Below, piece by piece: positions 37,090-46,642 of a DNA stretch of 64,000 nt. The notes beneath the pieces are model-generated. The model ran no database searches, was not told where the DNA came from, and saw only the letters and a program-made list of their open reading frames with translations. The position numbers were made by a program, and so were the translations under genes. This DNA comes from Phycisphaerae bacterium (lineage in GTDB: Bacteria; Planctomycetota; Phycisphaerae; UBA1845; Fen-1342): assembly GCA_963675745.2 (NCBI GenBank), contig CAXXWX010000015.1, positions 32,001 to 96,000 of the forward strand, given 5' to 3'. How positions within the stretch are numbered: the first letter of the stretch is position 1; each line of letters starts with the position of its first letter.

Positions 37090-39045
37090 TCACCACGGTT
37101 GGCGCGACACCTGCACGTTGCACGGCGGCAGGGCTTCGAGGATCTGGCGGCCGTAGTGTTTGCGCACCACGCGCGGATCGAGGATCACGACAATCCCGCG
37201 GTCGGTCTTGCTGCGGATCAGCCGGCCGAAGCCCTGGCGGAACTTGAGGATCGCCTCGGGAAGTTGGTAGTTCATGAAGGGGTTCTCGCCGCGCTGACGC
37301 ATCAGCTCGATGCGCGCCTCGACGGTCGGCCGATCGGGGACGGCGAACGGCAGCTTGACGATGGTTACGTTGCTGAGCGCTTCGCCGATCACATCCACGC
37401 CCTGCCAGAAGCTGTCGGTGCCGAAGATTGCGCACTTGGGCGTCTGGCGAAACTCGTCGAGCATCTTCGAGCGCGGCAGCGCCTCGCCCTGCGCGAGAAT
37501 CGTGTAACCATCGGCTCCCAGATCGTCGCGCACCACAGCGGCCGCCTCGTTGAGCATCTGGTAGCTGGTGAAGAGCACAAAAGCGCGGCCCTCGGTCTGG
37601 CGCAGATAGGCGCTGATCGCCGCCGTCGCCGCCCGCAGGAATTCGTCCTTGTTTGACGGCTCGGGCAACCCGCCCTCGACGTGTACCGTCACCTGCCGCT
37701 CAAAATCGAACGGCGAGCCGAGTTGGAGCGTCTCGGCCGGCGGCGAACCGAGCCGGCCGAGCATATACGCGAACGGCTCGGACCCCGCCACCGCCAACGT
37801 CGCGCTCGTCAGCACCACGCTCGCCGCCCGCTCAAACAGCAACTCGCGCAACGATTCACCGGCCGTAAGCGGCGCGGCGTTCAGCGAGATCCAACGCGCG
37901 CGACTGCGCGACGACTCAATCCAATACACGTGCTCCTCGTACGCCTGCGTCAGCAGACTTTCCGTGGCCGCGGCGATCGTCATGGCCCGTTCGAGCGCGG
38001 CGCCGAGTTCGCGCTGATCCTCTTCGCGCGGCAGCTCCTTCTTAAAGCCGGCCAGTTCGGCGCACATCTCCTTGAGCGCCGGCGACAAGACGTTCGGTAC
38101 CGGCTCCTTCACCACCAGCCGCCCGTTGCTGCGCCCGCGCCGCGCCTGCCAGGCATGCAGGCTGTTGAAAAACTCGGTACACGCCCCGGCCGCGCGCACC
38201 ACCGCCTGCCGTTGCACATCGGCGCCGATCCCCGCCAGAAACCCCTTGCCGGTGCGATCGTTGAACAACCCGCTTAGCAGATATTGAACCTGGCTGGCGG
38301 CCACGGAGGTGCCAAAGTGATCAGTCGCCACCTGGTCCAACGTATGGGCTTCGTCAACGACGACCAGGTCATAATCAGGGAGCACGCTGGCCCCATCCCG
38401 CCTCAACACCAGGTCCGACACCAGCAGAGCGTGATTGACCACCAGGATGCCCGCGGTCTCGGCGCGGCGCCGGGCGCGCTGGTAAAAGCACTGTTCGTAC
38501 GTCGGGCAACGCCGGCCCAGGCAGTTGCCGCGTTCGCTGCGCACCTTCTCCCAGACATCCATCGGCGGCGCTTCGGTCAAGTCGCTCAGGGAACCGTCCT
38601 TGGTCTCGTAGGCCCAGTCTTCGAGCATGTGCAGCGTGGAGCGCGCATCGCGCGTGTTGAATAGGGTCTTTTGACGCTGGCTCGCCTGCTGGAGACGCCG
38701 CAGACCGAGGTAGTTGCCGCGGCCTTTGACCAGCTCGGCCTTAAAGTCGAGCCCGAGCGCCGCCTGCAACGTGGGAATGTCTTTCTGAATCAACTGCTCT
38801 TGCAGCGCGATGGTGTGCGTGCTGACAACCACACGCCGTTTCTCGTGAATGACCTGCTCAATCGCCGGCAGCAGATAGCCAAACGTCTTGCCGACCCCCG
38901 TGCCGGCCTCGACGGCCAGATTGTGCGAGTCACGAAACGCCGTCGCCACGGCCACCGCCATCTCATGCTGCTGAGGCCGTGATTCGTATCCGGTGAGGTG
39001 CCCGGCGAGTGGTCCATCCTCGGCCAACCAGTCGGCGACAAGCAC
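37090..39045 (-). CDS. DinG/YoaA-family ATP-dependent DNA helicase with Fe-S cluster
   Basis: EAGTGVGKT, four Fe-S-type ligand region, VVNHALL, DEAH, TSATL, FWQGVDV, QGFGRLIR. Confidence 0.95.
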   Translation of the reverse strand: MLVADWLAEDGPLAGHLTGYESRPQQHEMAVAVATAFRDSHNLAVEAGTGVGKTFGYLLPAIEQVIHEKRRVVVSTHTIALQEQLIQKDIPTLQAALGLDFKAELVKGRGNYLGLRRLQQASQRQKTLFNTRDARSTLHMLEDWAYETKDGSLSDLTEAPPMDVWEKVRSERGNCLGRRCPTYEQCFYQRARRRAETAGILVVNHALLVSDLVLRRDGASVLPDYDLVVVDEAHTLDQVATDHFGTSVAASQVQYLLSGLFNDRTGKGFLAGIGADVQRQAVVRAAGACTEFFNSLHAWQARRGRSNGRLVVKEPVPNVLSPALKEMCAELAGFKKELPREEDQRELGAALERAMTIAAATESLLTQAYEEHVYWIESSRSRARWISLNAAPLTAGESLRELLFERAASVVLTSATLAVAGSEPFAYMLGRLGSPPAETLQLGSPFDFERQVTVHVEGGLPEPSNKDEFLRAATAAISAYLRQTEGRAFVLFTSYQMLNEAAAVVRDDLGADGYTILAQGEALPRSKMLDEFRQTPKCAIFGTDSFWQGVDVIGEALSNVTIVKLPFAVPDRPTVEARIELMRQRGENPFMNYQLPEAILKFRQGFGRLIRSKTDRGIVVILDPRVVRKHYGRQILEALPPCNVQVSRQPW

Positions 39046-39143
39046 GTGCGTGATCTCCTCGTTTACCTCTCAAGTAACCCCGCACTATGCAACGCACGGG
39101 CAAGACGCCGGCGCCACGCTGCACACAGTGCCGACAGCACGGC

Positions 39144-39160
39144 TGCTATATTAGTGCCAA
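39144..39160 (-). promoter_or_regulatory. Candidate sigma54 (-24/-12) promoter upstream of the helicase
   Basis: Minus strand TTGGCAC-TAATA-TAGCA (GG-N10-GC). Confidence 0.35.
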
Positions 39161-39377
39161 TCACAGTCAAATGCAGCGGCGGGCCACGCCGCCGGCGTCG
39201 CGTTCCACCCCACGCAGAGTGACGGTGCGCGACCCCGGACGATTCTCCGGACAGTCCCTCTCGCGACGCCGTATCCGGCGGGCGCCAAAACTGGTATCAT
39301 TCGTCGGGGTGAAGGTGGCCGGCACGGCCGCCGCAGGCCGACCCAGGAATGCTTGTCCCACGCGAGGAGTTCTGCTG

Positions 39378-39767
39378 ATGCGATTTACCCGTTGGCGTAC
39401 ATGGTGCCTGGTTGGGGCGCTTGCAGTGAGTGTTCTGACCGGATGCGACAAGAACGAGCCGGCGAAGAACGAAACAGAGATCAACGCAGCCACGCTGGCC
39501 GAACAGGGCGAATCGGTGGTGGGTGAAATCGATGAAAGCGCCCGCGCCGCCGTCGAGGCCAAACTGGCCGAAGCCGACGCGCTCGATGGCACCATCGACA
39601 GAATCGTCCATCGCTGCGCGAGTTGCGCGCTGGGCATGGACGGCAAGAGCGAACACGCGTTGGAAGTGGCGGGCTACACACTGCATTTCTGTTCCGGCCA
39701 CTGCAAAGAGAGCTTCGCAAAGGACCTGACGAAATCGATCCTCGACCTGGAGATCCCGGAGGAGTGA
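39378..39767 (+). CDS. Lipoprotein with a YHS/TRASH-like metal-binding motif
   Basis: VLTGC lipobox; CASCALGM..YTLHFCSGHCKESF. Confidence 0.7.
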   Translation: MRFTRWRTWCLVGALAVSVLTGCDKNEPAKNETEINAATLAEQGESVVGEIDESARAAVEAKLAEADALDGTIDRIVHRCASCALGMDGKSEHALEVAGYTLHFCSGHCKESFAKDLTKSILDLEIPEE

Positions 39768-39884
39768 CGTACCGGCGTCGGGTAGGCGTGTTGTGTCAGG
39801 CCGACTACGCATGATGCGCGCTCCCCCACCCGCACGTAGACAGGGTGCATTGGATCGAATTTGCCATCAACCGGAGAGCTTACG

Positions 39885-40193
39885 ATGGGCAAAAAGCTGT
39901 ATTGCGGAAACCTGAGCTATGACATGACCAGCTCGGATCTGGAGCGGCTGCTGTCCGAGCACGGAGCCGTTACAAGCGCCGAGGTTATCACAGACCGCAT
40001 GACCGGCCGCAGCAAGGGGTTTGGATTCGTCGAGATGGGCTCGGACGAGGAAGCCCAGGCCGCAATCGACGCACTGAACGGGCAGGAGCATGGCGGCCGC
40101 GCCCTCACGATCAACGAGGCCAAACCACGCGAGCCGCGCCGGGGCGGCCGTGGCGGCCACGGTGGCGGAGGTGGATACGGTAGAGGTCGCTAG
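39885..40193 (+). CDS. RRM (RNP-1) RNA-binding protein with a Gly-rich tail
   Basis: KLYCGNLSY, RSKGFGFVEM, ALTINEAKPR. Confidence 0.95.
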   Translation: MGKKLYCGNLSYDMTSSDLERLLSEHGAVTSAEVITDRMTGRSKGFGFVEMGSDEEAQAAIDALNGQEHGGRALTINEAKPREPRRGGRGGHGGGGGYGRGR

Positions 40194-40518
40194 TGCCGAC
40201 TAGAATCAAGTGCGGCGTCGGACGATGTGTGGCGGAACACCGGCTGGCCGGCGCGGAATGACGGCAGTAAGCTGTGTTGCGCGGCCGTCGAGGCGCAGTG
40301 GCGTTTTCTGCATCGCACGCCTGATCGAGGCGTCGGCCGCTATCGCGCCCGCAAGGGCAATGAATTCTTCGCGAGAATGCTGGACGAATCTCCAGCCGAA
40401 ACAACAGGTGGGCAAGGCGCTTGTGGCAGCCTTCTCTCCTGCGAGCGGTTTAATAACACAGTCAGTCAGAACGGCGTGCGCGCCGCGCGTGTCATCTGGC
40501 CAATAGCGAGAGGCCCTT

Positions 40519-40740
40519 ATGGCAACAAAGTGGCAAGGTGAACCAAAGCAATGGCGTGTGCGCGGAAAGTCCGCCGACGGATTAGCCGTAACCCTCGGCC
40601 GTCACGACACCCAGAAGGCCGCCGAGGCCGAGGCCGAGAAGATGCGCAAGGAGGGCTTCTACCGCAACGTGACCGTCGAACGCATCGAGCAGGTCGACAA
40701 TCCACAAGTTCCGGACGGAAAGGCCCCGGCCGGCGGCTGA
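40519..40740 (+). CDS. Small hypothetical protein
   Basis: GAGAGG RBS, high-GC3 codon usage, 73 aa. Confidence 0.6.
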   Translation: MATKWQGEPKQWRVRGKSADGLAVTLGRHDTQKAAEAEAEKMRKEGFYRNVTVERIEQVDNPQVPDGKAPAGG

Positions 40741-40861
40741 TGCTCGGGCACGCCCACCCAATCATTAACCGCGAGCCCTGATCCCATGTTGAAAACGCAT
40801 TCGATTGGGCCGTGGCCTCCGCCACACTTCTCCACCCTATCTTTTGTCGAAGCCGCTTCTG

Positions 40862-41794
40862 TTACCGCGTGATGTAAACGTCCCAGCGCGCGAGCTTGCC
40901 GCGGTAGCTCATGGTTGGCGCCGGGGCCAGCGGCTGGGCGCGCGGCGTGCGCTTGACCACCACCCGATCGCGAGCCACGCGCCGGGCCACCTCCAGCAGA
41001 CCGGCGGCATCAGCGTCGTCACCGACCAGCCGCCGGAGTATACGCATCTCCTTCTTGGGCAGAGCCGACTTGCCACTCGGCGGGTACATCGGGTCGAGGT
41101 ACACCACGTCCGGCAACTCACTTTCCGGCATGCGTGCCAACACGTCTGCCGCATCGCCGACGACTAACGTCAGCCGCCCCGGCCCGGTCTCACCCTCCGC
41201 GGGCGCCGTGGCCATTCGTTCCAGGGCGTCGCGCAACATCGCCGCAAGGATCAGAGAGCGTTCTACGACGATCACCGTGCAACCCAGGCGCGCCAGCAGC
41301 ATGGCGTCGCGTCCCAGGCCGCCGGTGGCATCCACAATCGCCGGCTTGTGCTTCTTCAAGCCGACGGCCCGGGCAAGCGGTTGCCGGCGTGAAGCCGTCG
41401 CCAGCCGCCGAGCGTTCGTACCGGCGACGCCGAAATCCACCCTCACACCGCCGGCGGCGCCGCGCCCGGTCTCGTGCAGTTCCAGCCCCCCACCGGTGAC
41501 CACCAGCAACAGGTCAAAATCGCGGGTATCGCGGGCAACCACGGGCAGCTTCAGCTCGGCGGCCAGCGCCCGCGCGCGTGACAGCAACCGCTCAACCGTC
41601 GCGAGTTCGTCGGACACTGCGGCACACACGCCAACTCGCGGCGGCGCCCAGGCTGCTTGAGCTAAGGGCGGCCGTCCCTGACTAGTTTGGTTCTTCGGCA
41701 CGGGTCCGAGTGTCCTTCCGTGAGCCGATCGGTCTGCACAACGGACTGGCCCGCTGCATAATGCCTGCCCAGCATGGCCTGAGGTGCAGGTCAT
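40862..41794 (-). CDS. rsmJ: 16S rRNA m2G1516 methyltransferase RsmJ-like (true start probably near 41.63 kb)
   Basis: IVDATGGLGRDA, VVYLDPMYP, RVVVKR. Confidence 0.85.
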   Translation of the reverse strand: MTCTSGHAGQALCSGPVRCADRSAHGRTLGPVPKNQTSQGRPPLAQAAWAPPRVGVCAAVSDELATVERLLSRARALAAELKLPVVARDTRDFDLLLVVTGGGLELHETGRGAAGGVRVDFGVAGTNARRLATASRRQPLARAVGLKKHKPAIVDATGGLGRDAMLLARLGCTVIVVERSLILAAMLRDALERMATAPAEGETGPGRLTLVVGDAADVLARMPESELPDVVYLDPMYPPSGKSALPKKEMRILRRLVGDDADAAGLLEVARRVARDRVVVKRTPRAQPLAPAPTMSYRGKLARWDVYITR

Positions 41795-42017
41795 GCATCA
41801 GGACCAGTCGAGCACGAATCGATTGTATCACGCATTCAGCCTGACGCAGCTTCGCCATCGCGACCTGGCCCCATTGACATCCGCGCGGTGCACTGTGTAC
41901 ATGGAGTCTTGCAGGTCGGGTTCGCGGGGCCGACACGAGGGTCTGCAGGGTGCTTCTAAGCTATCAAGTCCATGGCCCCAACCCACACAACTAACGGAAT
42001 ACGATGGAGGTGGAGAC

Positions 42018-43295
42018 ATGTCGTTTGTTAACAACCGCGGAGTGGGAACATTGGCGCTTTGCCTGGCATGCCTGGGAGCACTGGCGGGCTGCGACGGGCT
42101 TACGCCGTCGGTAGTGCCTCCGTCGCCGGTGCAGTTATCCCCGTCGCCGATGGACTTCGGGCAAACCCAGACCGAGATGAATTTGAACATTGCAGCGACA
42201 GACGCCGCCATCTCAACATGGTCCTGCGAAACAACATCGGGCTGGATCACAATCGACCCAACCAACGGCACCGGTGACGGGCAGACCACTGTTATCGTCG
42301 ACCGCAGCGGGCTGACTGCCGGCGAGCACACCGCCGATATCTCTGTAGTGACCGACCTCGGAACGGGCATCGTGCAGGTGACGGTCGAGGTGGTCGAGGG
42401 GGCCGGCCTGACGGGAACGATCGCCTTCGCCAGCGATCGGGCGGGTAACTTCGACATCTACACTATGGATGCCTCCGGCCTGGAGAAGGACGTCGCCCAG
42501 CAAACCAGCGACGAGGCGGACGATGTAAACCCCACATGGTCACGCGACGGCACGCGCTTCGCCTTTGCCAGCAATCGGACGGGCAGGTATCAGATCTACA
42601 CGATGGCTCCGGGTGGTGTCCCGACTTTGCTGATAGAGAGCACGTTCGATGACAACCATCCCAGCTATTCTCCAGATGGCCGGAAGCTCGCGTTCCTCCG
42701 CACGCAGCCCGGCGCCGAGACGCCCGATCTGTTCGTGATTGACCTCGCCCCGGGCAGTGTGCCGATCAGGCTGAACAACATCCAGAACGTCAACTTCGCG
42801 TCCGGTACGAGTTGGAACGCGGCGGACTTGCATATTGGCCCATCCAAGCCTGCCTGGTCGCCGGATTCGTCGAAGGTAATCGTGGCCGGCTACGCCATTG
42901 TGGTGACACAGAAAGCCTCGGACGCGTTTGAGTTCAACGTGGACGATCCCAGCGCCGATATTCGGGCACTCTCCGTCAACCACGGCATCGGCTTCAGTTG
43001 GGAATCGTGGTGCGACTTCTCGCCCGATGCGACGCGACTGGCCCTGGCATGCAGCATCCGCCTTTCGATCATCAACATGACCGGCGGAACAGAGGATCCG
43101 ATTTACGACGCCGGCTGCGACAACGACGCTGCTCCCGATTACTCAGACGACGGCCAGCACATTGCCTTCGGTCCTCGAATTGACGGCAACCGGGACATTT
43201 ACGTGATCGATACGTTTCGGACGGAGGGCTCCTACATGCGCGTACGGTTGACCGACAACGCGGCGGACGACCGGACGCCGGTCTGGAAGCCGTAA
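42018..43295 (+). CDS. Lipoprotein with a BACON/Ig-like domain and TolB/PD40 beta-propeller
   Basis: LAGC lipobox; IAFASDRAGNFDIY, PTWSRDG, PSYSPDG repeats. Confidence 0.85.
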   Translation: MSFVNNRGVGTLALCLACLGALAGCDGLTPSVVPPSPVQLSPSPMDFGQTQTEMNLNIAATDAAISTWSCETTSGWITIDPTNGTGDGQTTVIVDRSGLTAGEHTADISVVTDLGTGIVQVTVEVVEGAGLTGTIAFASDRAGNFDIYTMDASGLEKDVAQQTSDEADDVNPTWSRDGTRFAFASNRTGRYQIYTMAPGGVPTLLIESTFDDNHPSYSPDGRKLAFLRTQPGAETPDLFVIDLAPGSVPIRLNNIQNVNFASGTSWNAADLHIGPSKPAWSPDSSKVIVAGYAIVVTQKASDAFEFNVDDPSADIRALSVNHGIGFSWESWCDFSPDATRLALACSIRLSIINMTGGTEDPIYDAGCDNDAAPDYSDDGQHIAFGPRIDGNRDIYVIDTFRTEGSYMRVRLTDNAADDRTPVWKP

Positions 43296-43385
43296 GCAAG
43301 CTGATGAGTGGGATGGTCCGCAGAGTGAACCCTAACGTCCTCTCGTCGAACATGAGGCGCCGACGCTGAACTCCCGCGCCGGGCG

Positions 43386-45158
43386 CTAGCGCGTCGCCCC
43401 CGCTGCCACCGCCGCGTTCATTTCGTAGAACGTCTGCGGCTCGTAAGTCCAGCCTTGCTCCAGGCGGCGGGCTTCGCGGGACATTGTGAAGCGCAGGTAA
43501 CGGCCGATGAGCGGTGCCACCAGACGCGATTTCAGCCCGAACTCGCGGTAGATGTCCGCCAGAATACGCGAGATCTTCGCCGACATCGTGGCGTTGCGGC
43601 GGTACCAGTGCCGGGCGGCCCACAGGGCGCCGGCGTATGTGGTGGCCAAGCCGCGGGTGTCCCAGGTGTAGCGCTCGCGGACCCGCCGCTCGGGATGGTT
43701 CTTGTAACGGCGCCAACCCTGGAGCATCGTCCGTGCCAGCCGAATCAGACTCGGCCCATTGACCTCGAAGTCGCGGCAGAACGCGCGCCGCAGAAGCTCA
43801 GTCTCCCGGCCGCCGGTTATGTGCTCGTGTCGATGATTGAACTGGAGTTCTCCGTGGCTGTCGGCCAGCGGACACGCCTCCTCGTCCAGCAGCGTCCCGG
43901 CGGCCTGTTTCTCGGCGTGCAACGGAGTGCCCGGAATCGCCGTGTACAGCGCGAACTGATGGAAATCCGTATCGTGGCTCACGGCGTGGTCGATCGCCGC
44001 GTCGATATTCTCCGGCGTATGCTCTTCCAGCCCGATGATGCTGGAGCCGAGCACGCGAATGCCGTGCGACTGGAGCGTGCGCACAAGACCGTGCGTGTCG
44101 GCACCATCGAGCTTGCCGTACTGCGAGTCCTTACCCTCCAGTCCCATCCAGACCCAGAAGATGCCAAGGCCCACCAGTTGTTCGATGGTGTACGAGCGCA
44201 ACACGTTCGCCGAACTGAAAACGTATAGTGCCCACGACTTGTCGTGTTCAATCATCAGGCTCAGCAGACGCAGAGCCCGCTTGCGGTGCATCAGGAAATT
44301 CTCGTCCATGACGAAGAACGACCTGACCCGCAGATCTCGCTCCAGGCCGCACATGACCTCGAACAGCTCGTCGCCGGTGTCATAAAAGTGAACGCACTTA
44401 CCCTTGCCGCCAAACATCGCCGACGTTGAGCAGAAGTTGCAGCCCATCGGGCAGCCCACCGACGGTATCAGCGTGGCGGCGACCCCACCCCGCTTTTCCG
44501 GCTGGTTGACCCCCAGGATGCGCGCGCCGAAACCGGAGACAATCCGCGGATGCGTAACCGGCCGGCTCTGGTCTTCGCCGAGAAAGCCGCGCATCCAGCG
44601 CACGCCCTCACCCTTCACAATGTGGTCGGCGTCGATCCGCTCGTCCAGATCCGGCAGATTCGCGACGTGACCGCCGACGACGATCTTGGCCGCGGGCAGG
44701 TGCTCGCGGATGAGCTCGCACATCTTCCGCACCTTGCCGACGTTCGGAATGATCGAGCTGATCCCGACGATGTCGTATTCGTTTGTCGCGATCTCCGCGA
44801 CGAAACGCTCCAGGTCGGGGAAATCCAGCAGCGTACACGGGGCGGCGATATTGGCCTGGATCAGCATCAGCCCCCACGATCGGTGGAACATACGCAAGGA
44901 GAAAACTCCCTGCACCCGCGTCACCTGGTTTTGATACAGCTCCATCGGGTTTATCTTGCGGCTGCCGTACTCGTCATCCTGGACATACGGCCCGAAGACG
45001 CTGGTCAACAGCACGCGGGCACGTGATCTCAATGGATGCGTGGGCTGGACCGGTTCCGCGACGCGGGAGCGAGAACCCTCTCTCACACCAACGCGGGCGA
45101 AGTCTGATCCGCATGGCGGCGTCTCAAACGCCGGCGCGATCGTGTTAGTTGTCGTCAT
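43386..45158 (-). CDS. B12-binding radical SAM protein
   Basis: IVVGGH..GEG B12-binding region; CPMGCNFC; DENF. Confidence 0.9.
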   Translation of the reverse strand: MTTTNTIAPAFETPPCGSDFARVGVREGSRSRVAEPVQPTHPLRSRARVLLTSVFGPYVQDDEYGSRKINPMELYQNQVTRVQGVFSLRMFHRSWGLMLIQANIAAPCTLLDFPDLERFVAEIATNEYDIVGISSIIPNVGKVRKMCELIREHLPAAKIVVGGHVANLPDLDERIDADHIVKGEGVRWMRGFLGEDQSRPVTHPRIVSGFGARILGVNQPEKRGGVAATLIPSVGCPMGCNFCSTSAMFGGKGKCVHFYDTGDELFEVMCGLERDLRVRSFFVMDENFLMHRKRALRLLSLMIEHDKSWALYVFSSANVLRSYTIEQLVGLGIFWVWMGLEGKDSQYGKLDGADTHGLVRTLQSHGIRVLGSSIIGLEEHTPENIDAAIDHAVSHDTDFHQFALYTAIPGTPLHAEKQAAGTLLDEEACPLADSHGELQFNHRHEHITGGRETELLRRAFCRDFEVNGPSLIRLARTMLQGWRRYKNHPERRVRERYTWDTRGLATTYAGALWAARHWYRRNATMSAKISRILADIYREFGLKSRLVAPLIGRYLRFTMSREARRLEQGWTYEPQTFYEMNAAVAAGATR

Positions 45159-45440
45159 ATAGTGCGTGTCATCCTCTCTCGCCGCGGCACCGTGCTCCAT
45201 CGCGGACCGCGGGGAGGTGGCACATCGCTGGGCGCATATGCTACCAGCGCCCCCCACCGGCGGATACACCCGCCGGGTGCTTTCTGTCGTATAGTGAAAA
45301 CCCCTAGGACGTGAGGATTCAGGCCGTAGCGTCCACCTCCAGTGGCAGACGCTACGGCCAGGGACCGGTTGGAATGTGTGCCGCTACTTGCGAGTATGCG
45401 CAGGGGCCGGCGCTATGCGGACCCGCTGCCCCCGTCCGGC

Positions 45441-46406
45441 CTACGGGATGTCCGCGATCGTCAGACCCCGCACAATGCTGATGCCCGCGTTGCCGGACTC
45501 GTTGTTATTCGCCCACGTGGACACGTCGGAATCTTCAACCGTGTATGTGCCCGCCGGCAGTTCCACGAACGGCGCGCAATGCCAGTATGCGTTCGGCGTG
45601 TTGTTCTGTCCGTCAGTCGCCGTACAGGTCCACGTGCCAATGAGCGTATCATCCGCCGCGCGCAACCCAATCGTCCCCGGCCCGGCCGTACCCTGGCCGT
45701 TGTTCCAGTGGTAGTTGCGTATTGAGGTCACGAGCACGCGGCTTTCGACCGTAAACTGCGTCGGCGTGTTGGGGTCATTCAACACACCGAGGATGTTGTC
45801 GTTGCTGAAGATGATGGGTTCGTCGATCGGGTCCGGCACCGCAACATCGTCGATCGGTATGCCGCGCACAATGCTGATACCCGCATCGCCGGACTCACTG
45901 TTGTTCGCCCACGTGGGCACGTCGGAATCCAGGACTGTGTACGTACCCGCCGGCAAATCGATGGATGGCGCGCAGTGCCAGTATGCATTCGGCGTGTTGT
46001 TCTGCCCGTCAGTCGCCGTGCAGGCCCAGGTTCCGACGAGGGTGTCATCCGCCGCGCGCAACCCGATGATTCCCGGCCCGGCGGTTCCCTGGCCGTTGTT
46101 CCAGTGGTAATTGCGCATCGACGTCACGCGATAGCTGCGGTCGGTTGTGAACTGCGTCGGCGCCGTGGGGTTGTTGGACACGCCAAGAATGTTGTCGTTG
46201 CTGAAGATGACGACTTCGTCGGCCGGGTCCGGCGTATTGGGGTCGGCGGGCGTATTCGGGTCACCGGGCGCGTTGGGATCACCAGGCGCGTTGGGATCGC
46301 CGGGCGCGTTCGGGTCGGCCGTTGACGGACATCCCCCGACCAGCAATGTGAGTGCGACAAAGACGGCACAAGCCGAGATCCCCAGCCACAACTTCTGCGA
46401 TGCCAT
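45441..46406 (-). CDS. Lipoprotein with a PGDPNA linker and two near-identical tandem domains
   Basis: LVGGC lipobox; duplicated IFSNDNILGV..YHWNNGQG..WANN.ESG.AGISIVRG. Confidence 0.85.
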   Translation of the reverse strand: MASQKLWLGISACAVFVALTLLVGGCPSTADPNAPGDPNAPGDPNAPGDPNTPADPNTPDPADEVVIFSNDNILGVSNNPTAPTQFTTDRSYRVTSMRNYHWNNGQGTAGPGIIGLRAADDTLVGTWACTATDGQNNTPNAYWHCAPSIDLPAGTYTVLDSDVPTWANNSESGDAGISIVRGIPIDDVAVPDPIDEPIIFSNDNILGVLNDPNTPTQFTVESRVLVTSIRNYHWNNGQGTAGPGTIGLRAADDTLIGTWTCTATDGQNNTPNAYWHCAPFVELPAGTYTVEDSDVSTWANNNESGNAGISIVRGLTIADIP

Positions 46407-46642
46407 GGTCTTGCTCCTGAGAGGAATAGGCCCCACGGTGGCTACGGCGAACACGAGCGTAACACCGATCGGTGCGTCCGGCAGGCATTCTCACACGGCG
46501 CCGGCATCTCACGTGTCACCCCATCGATGAACACGGTGTATTGCCCCGTGGGACTACTGCTCCGAAGACGGCGCCTCTTGTCAATTTCGGATAATCCGCC
46601 GTCGGACCTTGAGGTCGTTGCCGCGGGCGGATGTAGACCGCG

